From: an uncultured Deinococcaceae bacterium
GTDB lineage: Bacteria; Deinococcota; Deinococci; Deinococcales; Deinococcaceae
Assembly (NCBI GenBank): GCA_964252075.1
Contig: CAXULY010000002.1
Span: forward strand, 128,001-192,000
Length of the DNA: 64,000 nt
Direction of reading: 5' to 3'
The translations under genes and the position numbers were made by a program. Below the pieces are notes generated by a model. It did not search any database, was not told the origin of the DNA, and saw only the letters and a program-made list of their open reading frames with translations. How positions within the stretch are numbered: the first letter of the stretch is position 1; each line of letters starts with the position of its first letter. Below are positions 1-9,726 of the stretch, piece after piece.

Positions 1-23
1 CGCGCCGTACGCCTGGGGGTCGC

Positions 24-1232
24 GTGACGCTCGCCGCGCGGGTGAACCCGGTGCCCGCCACGGATCAGGTGATCGCGGGCAGCCTCGTGGTGCTGCAGAT
101 CCTGTTCTTCTTCGACTCCAGCGCGCTGCTGCCTTTCCTGACGGACGACGTGAAGAACGTCATCACCTTCGCGCTCCTCGCGCTGATCGGGGCGCTGTGC
201 CTGCTGAAACTGCAGGGCCGCGCGCTCGTGGGCTGGAACGCGCGCCTCACGCCGCTGCTGCTGTTCGTGCTGGCGTACACCGCCAGCCTGCTGTACCAGC
301 CGGACCCCGGCCTCGGCGCGTACTACGCGGGCAAGATCAGCAAGATGCTGCTCATCACGCTCCCCACCGTGCTCGCCGTGAATGTCGTGCGCTGGACGCC
401 GCCGCTGCTGGCGTTCACCGTGCGGCTGCTGGGCGCGGCGCTGCTGGTCGTGACCCTGGACGGCGCGTACCAGCTGTGGCGCGGCGGGCCGTTCGTGTCG
501 CGCGACGCGTCCTTCGGCATTGACCCCATCAGCCTGGGGCGCTCGGCGGGCTTCTGCGTGCTGCTGGCGTTCCTGAGTTTCAGCGCGGGCGCGCGCAGCT
601 GGCGCTCGCGCGCGTTCACGGCGGTGATGCTGGTCGTGGGCCTCGCGGTGCTGTTCGCCTCGGGCTCGCGCGGACCGCTGATCGCGCTGGGCGCGGCGCT
701 GCTCGTGGTGTTCCTCGGGGCGCGCTCCGTCGCGCGGCGCCTGCGGATCATCGTGGTGACGCTCGTCGCGGTGCTGCTGGGCGGGGTGGGCATCACGACG
801 CTCAGCGCGCAGGGCGTGGCGTCCAGCGCGCGCGTGCTGGCGTTTTTGCAGGGCGACGTGAACGTGGACCGCAGCGCCGAGACGCGCAGCTTCGTGTACG
901 AGGACGCGCTCGCCTGGATTCCGCAGCACCTGCTGGGGTCCGGGCAGGGCGCGGCGGCGGTGTACCTGCCGTCCGGCCTGCGCTACCCGCACAACCTGCT
1001 GCTGGAGGTGCAGCTGGAGGGCGGCGTGGTGTGCGCGCTGCTGCTCATCGCGGCGGTCGCGGTGGCGTTCGTGCCCCGGCGCGGCGCGCGCGCCCCGGCG
1101 CGCATTCCGGTGCTGGCGAGCCTGACCTTCTTGCTGATGAACAGCATGTTCAGCGGGGACGTGTCCTCGAACCGCCTGCTGTTCCTGCTGCTCGCGCTCG
1201 CGAGCGTGCCGGGCGCCGTGGAGGACGCGTGA
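24..1232 (+). CDS. O-antigen ligase/Wzy polymerase family membrane protein
   Basis: Many hydrophobic segments, SGSRG motif and G-x-G...YPHN Wzy_C signature; lies among glycosyltransferases. Confidence 0.8.
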   Translation: MTLAARVNPVPATDQVIAGSLVVLQILFFFDSSALLPFLTDDVKNVITFALLALIGALCLLKLQGRALVGWNARLTPLLLFVLAYTASLLYQPDPGLGAYYAGKISKMLLITLPTVLAVNVVRWTPPLLAFTVRLLGAALLVVTLDGAYQLWRGGPFVSRDASFGIDPISLGRSAGFCVLLAFLSFSAGARSWRSRAFTAVMLVVGLAVLFASGSRGPLIALGAALLVVFLGARSVARRLRIIVVTLVAVLLGGVGITTLSAQGVASSARVLAFLQGDVNVDRSAETRSFVYEDALAWIPQHLLGSGQGAAAVYLPSGLRYPHNLLLEVQLEGGVVCALLLIAAVAVAFVPRRGARAPARIPVLASLTFLLMNSMFSGDVSSNRLLFLLLALASVPGAVEDA

Positions 1233-2338
1233 CGCGGCGCGTGTGCAGCATCACGCACCTGGATCTGCGCCGCGAGAACGGCCCGACGCTGCACGTGCGC
1301 GGCATCGTGGACGGCCTGCGCCGCAGCGGCCTGGAGGTGGACGTGATCGCGACGGGCGAGTCGAGGGGCGATTGGGTGAGCCTTGGACCACAGCCACAGG
1401 GGATCCTCAGTCACCTGCGCTTCCAGCTGCGCGTGCTGCGCGCGCTCGCGGCGCGGCGCGGCGCCTACGACTGGCTGTACGTGCGCGCGGGGTCCGTGAT
1501 GCTCACGCCGCTGTACGCGCTCGCGGCGCGCGCGCCCGTCGCGCTGGAGATCAACGGCATCCCGCACCTTGAATCGGAGTTCCCCGGGGCGCTGCGGGCG
1601 GTCATCCGGCGGCTGTTCACGTGGCAGGTGCGGGGCGCGCGCGTGTGCTTCGCCGTGACGCCCGAACTGCGGGACCTCGCGGCGCGGCTGGGGCAGCGCC
1701 GCGCGCACGCCATCCCGAACGGCGTGGACCGCCGCACGCTGTGCGCGGCGGCCACGCGCGCGGCGCGCCCCGAGCGCCCACCCCGGCGGCTGGTGTTCGT
1801 GGGGGCGCTCCAGCCGTGGCAGGGCGTGCACCTCGCGGTGGAGGCCGTGCATGACCTGCGCCGGGCGGGGCTCGACGTGCGCCTGGACGTGTACGGGGAC
1901 GGCGTGGAGCGCGCGGCGCTCGCCGCGCAGATCGAGCGGCTGGGCCTCGCGGCGCACGTGCACCTGCACGGGCACGTGGACCGGGACACCATTTACGCGG
2001 CGTTGCGCGGCGCGGACGTGGCGGTCGCGCCGTTCATTCCGGACGCGCGCAACCAAGCGGTCGGGGGCCTGTCGCCGCTGAAGGTGTACGAGTACCTGGC
2101 GTTCGACCTGCCCGTCGTGACGACCCCGCTGATGTCCGACGCGGAACTGCTGGCCGCCCTGCCGGACGAGGTGCGCATCGTGGAGGCGGACGCCTCGGCG
2201 CTCGCGTGGGCGCTGCGGCGCGTGCTGGGTGAGGCGCGCGAGGCGGGCCGCGCGGGCGCGTGGATCGCGCGGCACCGCACGTGGGACGCCGCCGCGGAAC
2301 GCACGGCGGCCCTCATGAACGACGAAAGGAGCTTATGA
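1229..2338 (+). CDS. Glycosyltransferase family 4 (GT-B)
   Basis: IPNGVD, FVGALQPWQG and SPLKVYEYLA motifs; GTG start overlaps the upstream stop (GTGA). Confidence 0.88.
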   Translation: MTRRVCSITHLDLRRENGPTLHVRGIVDGLRRSGLEVDVIATGESRGDWVSLGPQPQGILSHLRFQLRVLRALAARRGAYDWLYVRAGSVMLTPLYALAARAPVALEINGIPHLESEFPGALRAVIRRLFTWQVRGARVCFAVTPELRDLAARLGQRRAHAIPNGVDRRTLCAAATRAARPERPPRRLVFVGALQPWQGVHLAVEAVHDLRRAGLDVRLDVYGDGVERAALAAQIERLGLAAHVHLHGHVDRDTIYAALRGADVAVAPFIPDARNQAVGGLSPLKVYEYLAFDLPVVTTPLMSDAELLAALPDEVRIVEADASALAWALRRVLGEAREAGRAGAWIARHRTWDAAAERTAALMNDERSL

Positions 2339-3357
2339 CGACCCCTGAACTGTCCGTGGTGATCGGCGTGCGCAACGGCGCGCGGCACATCTGGGATTGC
2401 CTGACCCGCATCTACGCGCAGGGCCTCGCGCCGGACGCCTTCGAGGTGATCGTCGCGGATGGCCGCTCGGAGGACGGCACGCGCGACCTCATCCAGCGCT
2501 TCGTGGACCACCACCGCGTCACGAACCTGCGCGTGATCGACAACCCGCGCCGCACGCTGGCCGCCGCCTTCAACGAGGCGATTCCGCAGTTGCGCGGGAC
2601 CTTCATGGCGAAGGTGGACGCGCAGTCGCGCCTCTCGGACGGGTACTTCACGGCGCTCATGGACGCCCTGGCGCGCCACCCTGAGGTCGCGGTGGCGGGG
2701 GGGCGGTTCGCGCCGCGCGGGGACGGTCCCGTCGCGCGCGCGTGGGCGTCGGTGTTCGCCGATCCGTTCCTGGTGGGGCCCGCCGCGTACCGGTACGTGG
2801 ACCGCGAGCAGTACATGGACACCGTGTACCTCGGGGTGTACCGCACGGCGGTGGTGCGGCAGGTGGGGGCCTTCGACGAGTCGCTGCTGCGCTCCGAGGA
2901 CACGGACTTCAACCACCGCATCCGGCAGCTGGGGCACCGCTTCCTGCTGGTGCCGTCCGTGCACGCGGAGTACGCGGTGCGCCAGACGTACCGCGCGGCG
3001 TGGGCGCAGTTCTACGGGTACGCGTACTACCGCTTCGCCTTCGTGCACAAGCACCACCTGCCGCTCACGGTGCGGCAGGCCGGGCCGCTCGCGGTGACGG
3101 CCCTGGCGCTGCTGGCGCTGGCGTGCGCGCCGCGCTCACTGCCGCTGGTGATGGCGGGCGCGGCGCTGTACGCGCTGTTCTACGGGGTGCGGGCGCTGAA
3201 GCGCACGCCGGGGCCGCTGGCGTTCCGGCTGCGCGCGTGGCTGGTGTACCCGGTGGTGCACCTCGCGTACGTGAGCGGAACGCTCGCGTACCTGGTGGGC
3301 CGTTACGGCAGGTCCGGGCGGAGGGAGGCGGCGTCCGGGGCGGCGGGCAGCACCTGA
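2335..3357 (+). CDS. Glycosyltransferase family 2 (ExoA-like)
   Basis: LSVVIGVRN...EVIVADGRSEDGT N-terminus, FDESLLRSED motif, C-terminal TM helices; AAAGGAG RBS and ATGA overlap. Confidence 0.88.
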   Translation: MTTPELSVVIGVRNGARHIWDCLTRIYAQGLAPDAFEVIVADGRSEDGTRDLIQRFVDHHRVTNLRVIDNPRRTLAAAFNEAIPQLRGTFMAKVDAQSRLSDGYFTALMDALARHPEVAVAGGRFAPRGDGPVARAWASVFADPFLVGPAAYRYVDREQYMDTVYLGVYRTAVVRQVGAFDESLLRSEDTDFNHRIRQLGHRFLLVPSVHAEYAVRQTYRAAWAQFYGYAYYRFAFVHKHHLPLTVRQAGPLAVTALALLALACAPRSLPLVMAGAALYALFYGVRALKRTPGPLAFRLRAWLVYPVVHLAYVSGTLAYLVGRYGRSGRREAASGAAGST

Positions 3358-4631
3358 CGCGCGGCGTGCCGCGCGTCAGCGCGCTCAGGCTGGGGGCGGC
3401 GCGCGGCCGCCCCCAGCGCCATGAGGGCGAGCGCCACGGTGGCCGTGCCGGGAATGGCGGTGAGGTGCGCGTCGTACACGCCCGCGAACAGCAGCGCGGG
3501 CAGCGCGCCCCAGCAGATCAGCGCAGCGGTCCCGCCGGAGCGCGTGAGGGGCAGGAGCAGCAGCGCCAGGAACGCGAGCAGCCCGACCGCGCCGAGCTCC
3601 GAGGCGACCTGCAGCGCGTCATTGTGCGCATAGTTCACGCTCTTGGCGTCCATGCGCGCGCCCACCTGCCGTTCCGGCGCGCGGTACAGGGCGGACTCCG
3701 TGGCGAACTGCCCGACGCCCGCGCCCGTGAGGGGGTGATCGGCCCACATGTCGCGGCCGTAGCGCCAGACCGCCTCGCGCTCGCGCAGGAACGCCGTCCA
3801 GTTGCGGCTGATGCCGATGCTGCGCTGGTGCTCCGCGAAGGCGCGCTGCCCGGCGGGCGTGAGGAAGAACGCCGCGCCGCCCAGCACCGCGAGCGCCGCG
3901 AGTCCCGTGAGGGCCGCGCCGACCTTCGGCCATTTCGTCCACACCCACACCAGGGCGGGCAGGGCGGTGGCGAGCAGCACGGCGGGGATGCTGCTGCTGT
4001 CCGTGCGGAAGTTCAGGGCGTGCAGTGCGATCAGCAGCGCCACGAGCGCCAGCGTGTGCAGGTGCGGGCGGGTGAAGAGCAGGAGGCCGGAGGTGATGGC
4101 CGCGACGGGAATCAGGAAGCCGCTGAAGTGGCTGGGGTTGAAGTACGGTCCGGTGACGAGGGTCAGCCCCACGCCGGGATAATGCGTGAAGCCCGGCATG
4201 AACACGCCGCGCGTCTGCAGGGCGGCCAGCAGAAGGGCCCCCGCGCCCGTCGCGACCAGCACCGCCAGGGCCGTGAGCTGACGCCGCGACGTGCGGCACA
4301 GCAGGTGCAGGCTGATGGCGGTGCCGAGCACCGCGGTCCAGCTGCCCGCCCAGCGCAGCGCCGCGACCGTGTACGGCGCCCAGCTGACGCTCGCCCAGAC
4401 CCACGCGAGGAGACTCAGCGCGGCGAGCAGCCACAGGGGGTGCGGGATGTGGGCGCGGCCGCGCACGCCCAGCGCGAGGAGCGTCGCGGCGAGCGTCAGG
4501 GCCCCGAGCAGCGTGAGGCCCGCCTGCCCCCATCCGAAGGCGCTGCCCTGCGCGAGCGGCCCCCACGCCAGCGTGAGGCAGGCGGCGGTGAGCGCGAGGA
4601 CCTCCAGGGCGTCCGCGGCGCGCGCCCTCAT
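3303..4631 (-). CDS. O-antigen ligase family / putative O-oligosaccharyltransferase
   Basis: GPYFNPSHF, HPLTGAGVGQF and YAHND motifs; multi-TM; ATG overlaps the upstream stop. Confidence 0.82.
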   Translation of the reverse strand: MRARAADALEVLALTAACLTLAWGPLAQGSAFGWGQAGLTLLGALTLAATLLALGVRGRAHIPHPLWLLAALSLLAWVWASVSWAPYTVAALRWAGSWTAVLGTAISLHLLCRTSRRQLTALAVLVATGAGALLLAALQTRGVFMPGFTHYPGVGLTLVTGPYFNPSHFSGFLIPVAAITSGLLLFTRPHLHTLALVALLIALHALNFRTDSSSIPAVLLATALPALVWVWTKWPKVGAALTGLAALAVLGGAAFFLTPAGQRAFAEHQRSIGISRNWTAFLREREAVWRYGRDMWADHPLTGAGVGQFATESALYRAPERQVGARMDAKSVNYAHNDALQVASELGAVGLLAFLALLLLPLTRSGGTAALICWGALPALLFAGVYDAHLTAIPGTATVALALMALGAAARRPQPERADARHAARQVLPAAPDAASLRPDLP

Positions 4632-5191
4632 GGGGTGCCCGCCAGTCTGTCGTGCGCCCAGCGGCACTCGCTCACCTCGTCGGTCGCCCAGCAGCGCGCG
4701 TAGGCGTTCAGGGCGGCTTCGGGCTGCCGCGCGGCTTCCAGTTCGCGGCCCAGCTCCAGCCAGTACCCGGCGTTGTTCGGGTCGAGGCGCAGCGCCGCGC
4801 GCAGCCACGCCACCGCCTGCGCGTGGCGCAGCTTGTAGCCGTACATGCGGGCGTGTTCGTACGCGGGCGTCGCCCAGTGCGGGCTGAGGCGCGCGGCGGT
4901 GTTGAAGGCGCCGTCCGCCTCGCGCTGCAGGGCGGGCGTGTCGCGGTACAGCCACAGGGTGCGGGCGCGCTGCGCGCGCGCCAGCCACGCTGGCGCGTCC
5001 CCACCGTTCACGGTGGTGGCGCGCCGGGCGAGGTTCAGCGCCGCGTCGAAGTCAAAGTGGTCCTGCGCCCGCTGGCTGGCGGCGGTCAGGCGCTGGGCGC
5101 GCAGGTCGCGGGCGGTGTGCGTCACGAGCGCGCCCAGCGGCAGCAGCGCGAGCGCCGCAACCCACCACGGGAGGGGCACGTCGCGCGTCAC
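4628..5191 (-). CDS. Membrane-anchored TPR-repeat protein
   Basis: N-terminal TM segment, then TPR-like helices (ALRLDPNNAGYWLELG); GTG overlaps the epimerase stop. Confidence 0.72.
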   Translation of the reverse strand: MTRDVPLPWWVAALALLPLGALVTHTARDLRAQRLTAASQRAQDHFDFDAALNLARRATTVNGGDAPAWLARAQRARTLWLYRDTPALQREADGAFNTAARLSPHWATPAYEHARMYGYKLRHAQAVAWLRAALRLDPNNAGYWLELGRELEAARQPEAALNAYARCWATDEVSECRWAHDRLAGTP

Positions 5192-6135
5192 CGCGCGACG
5201 GCCTGCGCCTGGAACCACGCGAGCGTCTCGCGCAGGCCCGCGGCGAGCGCGGTGGGTTCCCCGAAGTGCTGCCGGTACCGGCCCGCGTCCAGCACGGAGC
5301 GCTGCACGTCCCCCGTGCGCGGCGCGGCGCGGTACACCGGCACCTGGCGCCCGGCGGCCTGCATGACGGCGCGCGCGAGCTGCACGGTGGTGGTGCCCGC
5401 GCCCGTCCCGATGTGCAGGTGTGGTTCCGGCACGTCGCCCAGGCACGCGGCGAGGTTCGCGCGCGCGACGTCCGTGACGAACACGTAATCGCGCACGCAG
5501 CCCTCGTCACCTTCCTCGTGCATGGCGTTCACCTGCAGCGGCAGGCCCGCCAGGACCCGCTGCGTGAAGATGGCCACCACGCCCGCCTCGCCGTGCGGAC
5601 TCTGGCGCGGGCCGTACACGTTCGCGTAGCGCAGGGACGTGCACGCCAGTCCGGCGGTCGCCTGCGCGGCCTGCAGGTAGCACTCCGCGCTGAACTTGCT
5701 GACCGCGTAGGGGCTGATGGGGTGCGCGGGCCAGTCCTCGCCCGCGGCCTGCCCCTCGGGGATGTCGCCGCAGATGGCGCCGCCCGTGGAGGCGTACACC
5801 ACGCGCCGCACCCCGTGGGTGCGCGCGGCGTCCAGCAGGTGCAGCGTGCCGAGGATGTTCACGTGCGCGTCGTGCAGCGGGTCGCGCACGCTGACCGTGA
5901 CGCTCGCCTGCGCCGCCTGGTGGTTGATGACGTCCGGCCTGAAGGTTCCGGTGGCGTTCAGGACGGCGTCGCGGTCGCGCAGGTCCGCCGTGAAGACCGT
6001 GACGCCGGCGGGCACGTGGTCGCGGCGCCCGGTGGAGAAGTTGTCGAGGACCGCGACCTGATGACCCGAGGCGAGCGCGTGGTGGACGACGTGGCTGCCG
6101 ATGAAACCGGCACCGCCCGTGACGAGGATGCGCAT
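5188..6135 (-). CDS. NAD-dependent NDP-sugar epimerase (UDP-glucose 4-epimerase-like)
   Basis: ILVTGGAGFIGS, YAVSK (YxxxK) and RYANVYGPRQ motifs. Confidence 0.92.
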   Translation of the reverse strand: MRILVTGGAGFIGSHVVHHALASGHQVAVLDNFSTGRRDHVPAGVTVFTADLRDRDAVLNATGTFRPDVINHQAAQASVTVSVRDPLHDAHVNILGTLHLLDAARTHGVRRVVYASTGGAICGDIPEGQAAGEDWPAHPISPYAVSKFSAECYLQAAQATAGLACTSLRYANVYGPRQSPHGEAGVVAIFTQRVLAGLPLQVNAMHEEGDEGCVRDYVFVTDVARANLAACLGDVPEPHLHIGTGAGTTTVQLARAVMQAAGRQVPVYRAAPRTGDVQRSVLDAGRYRQHFGEPTALAAGLRETLAWFQAQAVAR

Positions 6136-6205
6136 GGTGGACCTCCGGAGGTGTAGGGGATGACGGCGCCACCTATTGGGTGGCGCTGGGGCGGAGATGC
6201 GGCGG

Positions 6206-6649
6206 TCAGGCGCCGGTGGGGGTGACGGCCGTCTGGGCGCGCTGCACGGCGTTGTTCGCCGCGCCGGGGTTGTTGATGAAGGCGCTGAGGGAGGCGAGGT
6301 CGGTGACCGCCAGGGTGGGGTTCGCCTGCAGGAAGGCCGCCACCTGGGCGTCCGTGATGGCCTTGCCGGTGACGGACTCCAGCACCGCGCGCGTCGCGAG
6401 GAGCGCGGGCACGGGTTTGTTCGCGGTGGACCGCAGCTCCATCATGACGGCGGGGGACAGGCGAAGCTGCTTCGCGAAGTCCGCCATCTGCAGGCGGCCC
6501 GCCATGGTGAGGGCGCGGGGGTCGAGGGTGACGGCGCGCGCTTTGGCGAGCGCAACGATCAGGTCGGTGCCGGTGAGGGTGGGTTGCGCGGCCGCGGCGG
6601 TCATCAGCAGGGCAGCTGACACGGCCAGCGCGGTCATCTTTATCTTCAT
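6206..6649 (-). CDS. Secreted hypothetical protein
   Basis: Signal peptide MKIKMTALAVSAALLMTAAAA; purine-rich RBS region; GC3-biased codons. Confidence 0.7.
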   Translation of the reverse strand: MKIKMTALAVSAALLMTAAAAQPTLTGTDLIVALAKARAVTLDPRALTMAGRLQMADFAKQLRLSPAVMMELRSTANKPVPALLATRAVLESVTGKAITDAQVAAFLQANPTLAVTDLASLSAFINNPGAANNAVQRAQTAVTPTGA

Positions 6650-6780
6650 CACGCTCTTCCTTTCCTTCTCATTGAAGGTACCAGAGGGGCGCGCCCGCCC
6701 GCTGCGAAAAAATCGGCCTTCAACGCGCGTCAGTGCGAAAATATATGGGCTGCCGCGCGGGGGGTACCTATAGTGACCGG

Positions 6781-8430
6781 GTGTCCACGGCCTCATCACG
6801 CTCCCCTGACGACATTGACCTGCGTCAGGTCGCCTCCACGCTCCGCCGGGCCGCCCTGCCTATCCTGCTGCTCACCGCAGCCGCGTCGGCGGGCACGTAC
6901 CTGCTGTCCGGGCACCGCGCCCCCACCTACCAGAGTGTCAGCAGCGTCATCGCGGTGCAGGACAACGTCCGCAACGCCCTCATCAACAACACGCTGGTGA
7001 CGGCGCCGCCCCTGCCGCAGGGCGCGGTGGAGGAAGCCACGCACTCGCGCGGCGTCGTGACGCGCATCACGCGCATCGTGGCGCGCAGCGGTCTGCCCGA
7101 CGAGCTCAAGCGGACGATCGGCACCTCGCTCACGCGTGAGCTGGGCAGCCAGTCCTTCCGGCGCCTCACGGTGCGCGCGCGCCTCGACCAGCAGCAGAGC
7201 GGCGTGTACGAGCTTCGCGCGAGCGCCGAGACGCCGCAGGCGGCGCGGGTGCTGGCGGACGCCGCCGTGCAGGCGCTCCTCGACTGGGACCTGAGCCGCG
7301 CGCAGGAGGGCGTGAAGCGCGCGCGCGCGAGCCTGGAGGGGCAGCTGAACGACCTCACGGCGCGCATCGCGCAGACGCCGCCCGGCAGCGTGGACGCGCA
7401 GAGCCTCATCGCGGCGCGCGGGCAGGTCCTGCAGAACCTCTCGCAGGTGAGTGTCTTCGAGCGCGCGGCGAGCGGCACGCTGTCCCTGGTATCCGAGGCG
7501 AACGAACCCACACGCCCCGCCAGCCCGCACCCCGCGCGGGATGCGGCGCTCGCGGGCCTGCTCGCGCTGATCGTGGGGTCCGGCGCGGCGCTCATGACGG
7601 ACGCGCTGCGCCGCCGCGTGAAGGAGCCCGGTGACCTCATGGCGCTCGGCGTGCCCGTGGTGGGGCAATTGCCGAAACTCACGCGCGAGCAGTTGCGCCG
7701 CGGCATCATCGAGAACGCCCGCGCGGGCGCGCTGTACGAGAGCATCGGCTTCGCGCGCGTGAACCTGATGGGCCTCATGCGGGAGAAGACGGGCGGCGCG
7801 GCGCACGTGTTCGCCATCTCCAGCACCAGCCCCGGCAACGGCAAGAGCAGCGTGACCGCCGCGCTCGCCAAGAGCCTCAGTCAGGCGGACCTGCGCGTGC
7901 TGATCGTGGACCTCGACAGTTACCGCCCCACGCAGCAGCGCCTGTGGAGCCGCCCCATGGTGCACTGGAAGCCCCTGCCGGGCGCGTTCCGGGACGCCGC
8001 GGCGCCCAGCACGCTGGCGTCCGCGCTGCAGCGACCGGAACTCGCGACGGCGCTGGAGGTGGACGACGGCATTGACCTGCTGCCCGCCGCGGACGGCAGC
8101 AGGCGCGCGGACCTCACCATGCCCGTCATGCACCCGCGCCTGCACGCGCTGCTGCACCAGTGGGCGGCGGGCTACGACGTGGTGCTGCTCGACACCACGC
8201 CCATGCTGTCCGTGTCGGACACGCTGGCGGTGGCGCCCGCCACGGACGGCATCGTGATGGTGGTGGAGTCCGAGCGCACGCCCATCGCGGACCTGGAGCG
8301 CGTGCTGCAGAACGCGCGCGTGGCGGGCGCGCCCATCGTGGGGTTCGTGCTGAACAAGTCCGCGCGCCTGCGCAGCGATTACGGGTACTACAGCCTGCCC
8401 CTCACGGACCTCGCGCACCCGCGGGGCTGA
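6781..8430 (+). CDS. Polysaccharide co-polymerase / BY-kinase (Wzc/CpsCD-like)
   Basis: N-terminal Wzz-like DIDL..TM region, Walker A PGNGKS, VLIVDLD and VLLDT motifs, C-terminal YGYY cluster; TATAGT 6 nt before the GTG. Confidence 0.88.
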   Translation: MSTASSRSPDDIDLRQVASTLRRAALPILLLTAAASAGTYLLSGHRAPTYQSVSSVIAVQDNVRNALINNTLVTAPPLPQGAVEEATHSRGVVTRITRIVARSGLPDELKRTIGTSLTRELGSQSFRRLTVRARLDQQQSGVYELRASAETPQAARVLADAAVQALLDWDLSRAQEGVKRARASLEGQLNDLTARIAQTPPGSVDAQSLIAARGQVLQNLSQVSVFERAASGTLSLVSEANEPTRPASPHPARDAALAGLLALIVGSGAALMTDALRRRVKEPGDLMALGVPVVGQLPKLTREQLRRGIIENARAGALYESIGFARVNLMGLMREKTGGAAHVFAISSTSPGNGKSSVTAALAKSLSQADLRVLIVDLDSYRPTQQRLWSRPMVHWKPLPGAFRDAAAPSTLASALQRPELATALEVDDGIDLLPAADGSRRADLTMPVMHPRLHALLHQWAAGYDVVLLDTTPMLSVSDTLAVAPATDGIVMVVESERTPIADLERVLQNARVAGAPIVGFVLNKSARLRSDYGYYSLPLTDLAHPRG

Positions 8431-8441
8431 GGCGCACCCAG

Positions 8442-8470
8442 GGGGCGCCCGGCCGTGTGCCGGGCGCCCC
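8442..8470. terminator. GC-rich hairpin between convergent genes
   Basis: GGGGCGCCCGGC-cgtgt-GCCGGGCGCCCC, 12-bp stem. Confidence 0.6.
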
Positions 8471-8478
8471 TCCGGGTG

Positions 8479-9519
8479 TCAGCGCCGGGGCGCGGCGCCC
8501 GTGGATTCCCGGACAATCAGGGTGGTGTGGAAGGGCGGGTGCGGCGGCGCGTCCTGCCCCTCGGCGAGCGCGACGAGCGTGCGGACCGCGACCGCCCCCA
8601 TCAGTTGCAGCGGCTGCCTCACGGTGGTGAGCGCGGGCCGCGACGCCCCCGCCACGGGCAGGTCGTCGAAGCCCACCACGGACAGGTCGCCCGGCACGCT
8701 CAACCCGAGGTCCTGCGCGGCGTGAATGGCGCCGAGCGCCATGGCGTCCCCGGAGACGAACAAGGCGGTGGGCGGCTGTGGCAGGCGCAGGAGGGCGGCG
8801 GCGGCCCGCTCACCGCTGTCCTTGGTGTAGTCGCCGTGCTGGATGAAGCCGTCCGGGATGGGCAGCGCCGCGTCGTGCAGGGCGTCCTGGTAGCCGCGCA
8901 GGCGCTCCTCGGCGTCGTCGCGGTCCGCGCGCGGGGCGCTGGAGGGTTCCTGGGGGGCGTCGCGCCCCTCGGAGCGCAGGCCGCTGATGAACGCGATGCG
9001 GCTGTGCCCGAGCTGCAGGAGGTGCTGCATGGCCTGACGCGCGCCGCCGTAATTGTCCACCGTGAAGCGCCGCTCGCCTGGACCGTCGACGCTCACCACG
9101 AATTCCGGGAGGTCCGCGCGAGGCGGCGTGGCGCTGGACGGCTGGATGAGCAGCGCGCCGACGCTCAGGCGCGTCATCATGGAGAGGTCCGAGCGGGTGT
9201 GCGCGGCGAGCATCATGACGACGAGGTCGTAGCGGAGTTCGTCGGCGGCCTGCGCGGCGCCCTGCACCACCTCGCTGGCGTACGGTCGGTTGAGTTGCGG
9301 TGTGAAGACGCTGATGACGCGGTTGCGTCCGCCCGCAAGGGCGCGCGCCATGGGATTCACGCGGTAGCCGGTGGCGCGGATGGCGTCCATGACGCGTTCG
9401 CGCGTGGCGGGGCGCACGCCGGATTTGCCGTTGATGACGTTCGAGACGGTCATGGGTGAGACGCCCGCGGTGCGGGCCACGTCGTTCAGGGTGAGGTGTG
9501 GGGGGTCAGCTGCGCTCAT
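8479..9519 (-). CDS. LacI family transcriptional regulator
   Basis: TLNDVARTAGVSPMTVSNVIN HTH; VVGFDD and LTTVRQP sugar-binding domain motifs. Confidence 0.95.
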   Translation of the reverse strand: MSAADPPHLTLNDVARTAGVSPMTVSNVINGKSGVRPATRERVMDAIRATGYRVNPMARALAGGRNRVISVFTPQLNRPYASEVVQGAAQAADELRYDLVVMMLAAHTRSDLSMMTRLSVGALLIQPSSATPPRADLPEFVVSVDGPGERRFTVDNYGGARQAMQHLLQLGHSRIAFISGLRSEGRDAPQEPSSAPRADRDDAEERLRGYQDALHDAALPIPDGFIQHGDYTKDSGERAAAALLRLPQPPTALFVSGDAMALGAIHAAQDLGLSVPGDLSVVGFDDLPVAGASRPALTTVRQPLQLMGAVAVRTLVALAEGQDAPPHPPFHTTLIVRESTGAAPRR

Positions 9520-9560
9520 GTCGCCCTTTCAGGGTGTCTTCATGGTGTGGGATTTTTCGC

Positions 9561-9682
9561 TTGCTTTTCCAGAATTATAGCGTTACATTTCGTTCAGTCA
9601 TCACAGTTCAGGGCATGATCACCGCGCCGGAAGCAGGGCGCACCCACAGGTTTTCTGACCTCAAGGATTTTAGCGCTATACA
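9561..9682 (+). promoter_or_regulatory. Sigma70 promoter with two LacI-type operator candidates
   Basis: TTGCTT(9561)-17 nt-TACATT(9584); TATAGCGTTACA overlaps the promoter and TTTAGCGCTATA lies at about 9669. Confidence 0.55.
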
Positions 9683-9726
9683 TCCACAGACCCGCGCCAC
9701 CGCCACCCCCCCATCCGGAGTTCTGT

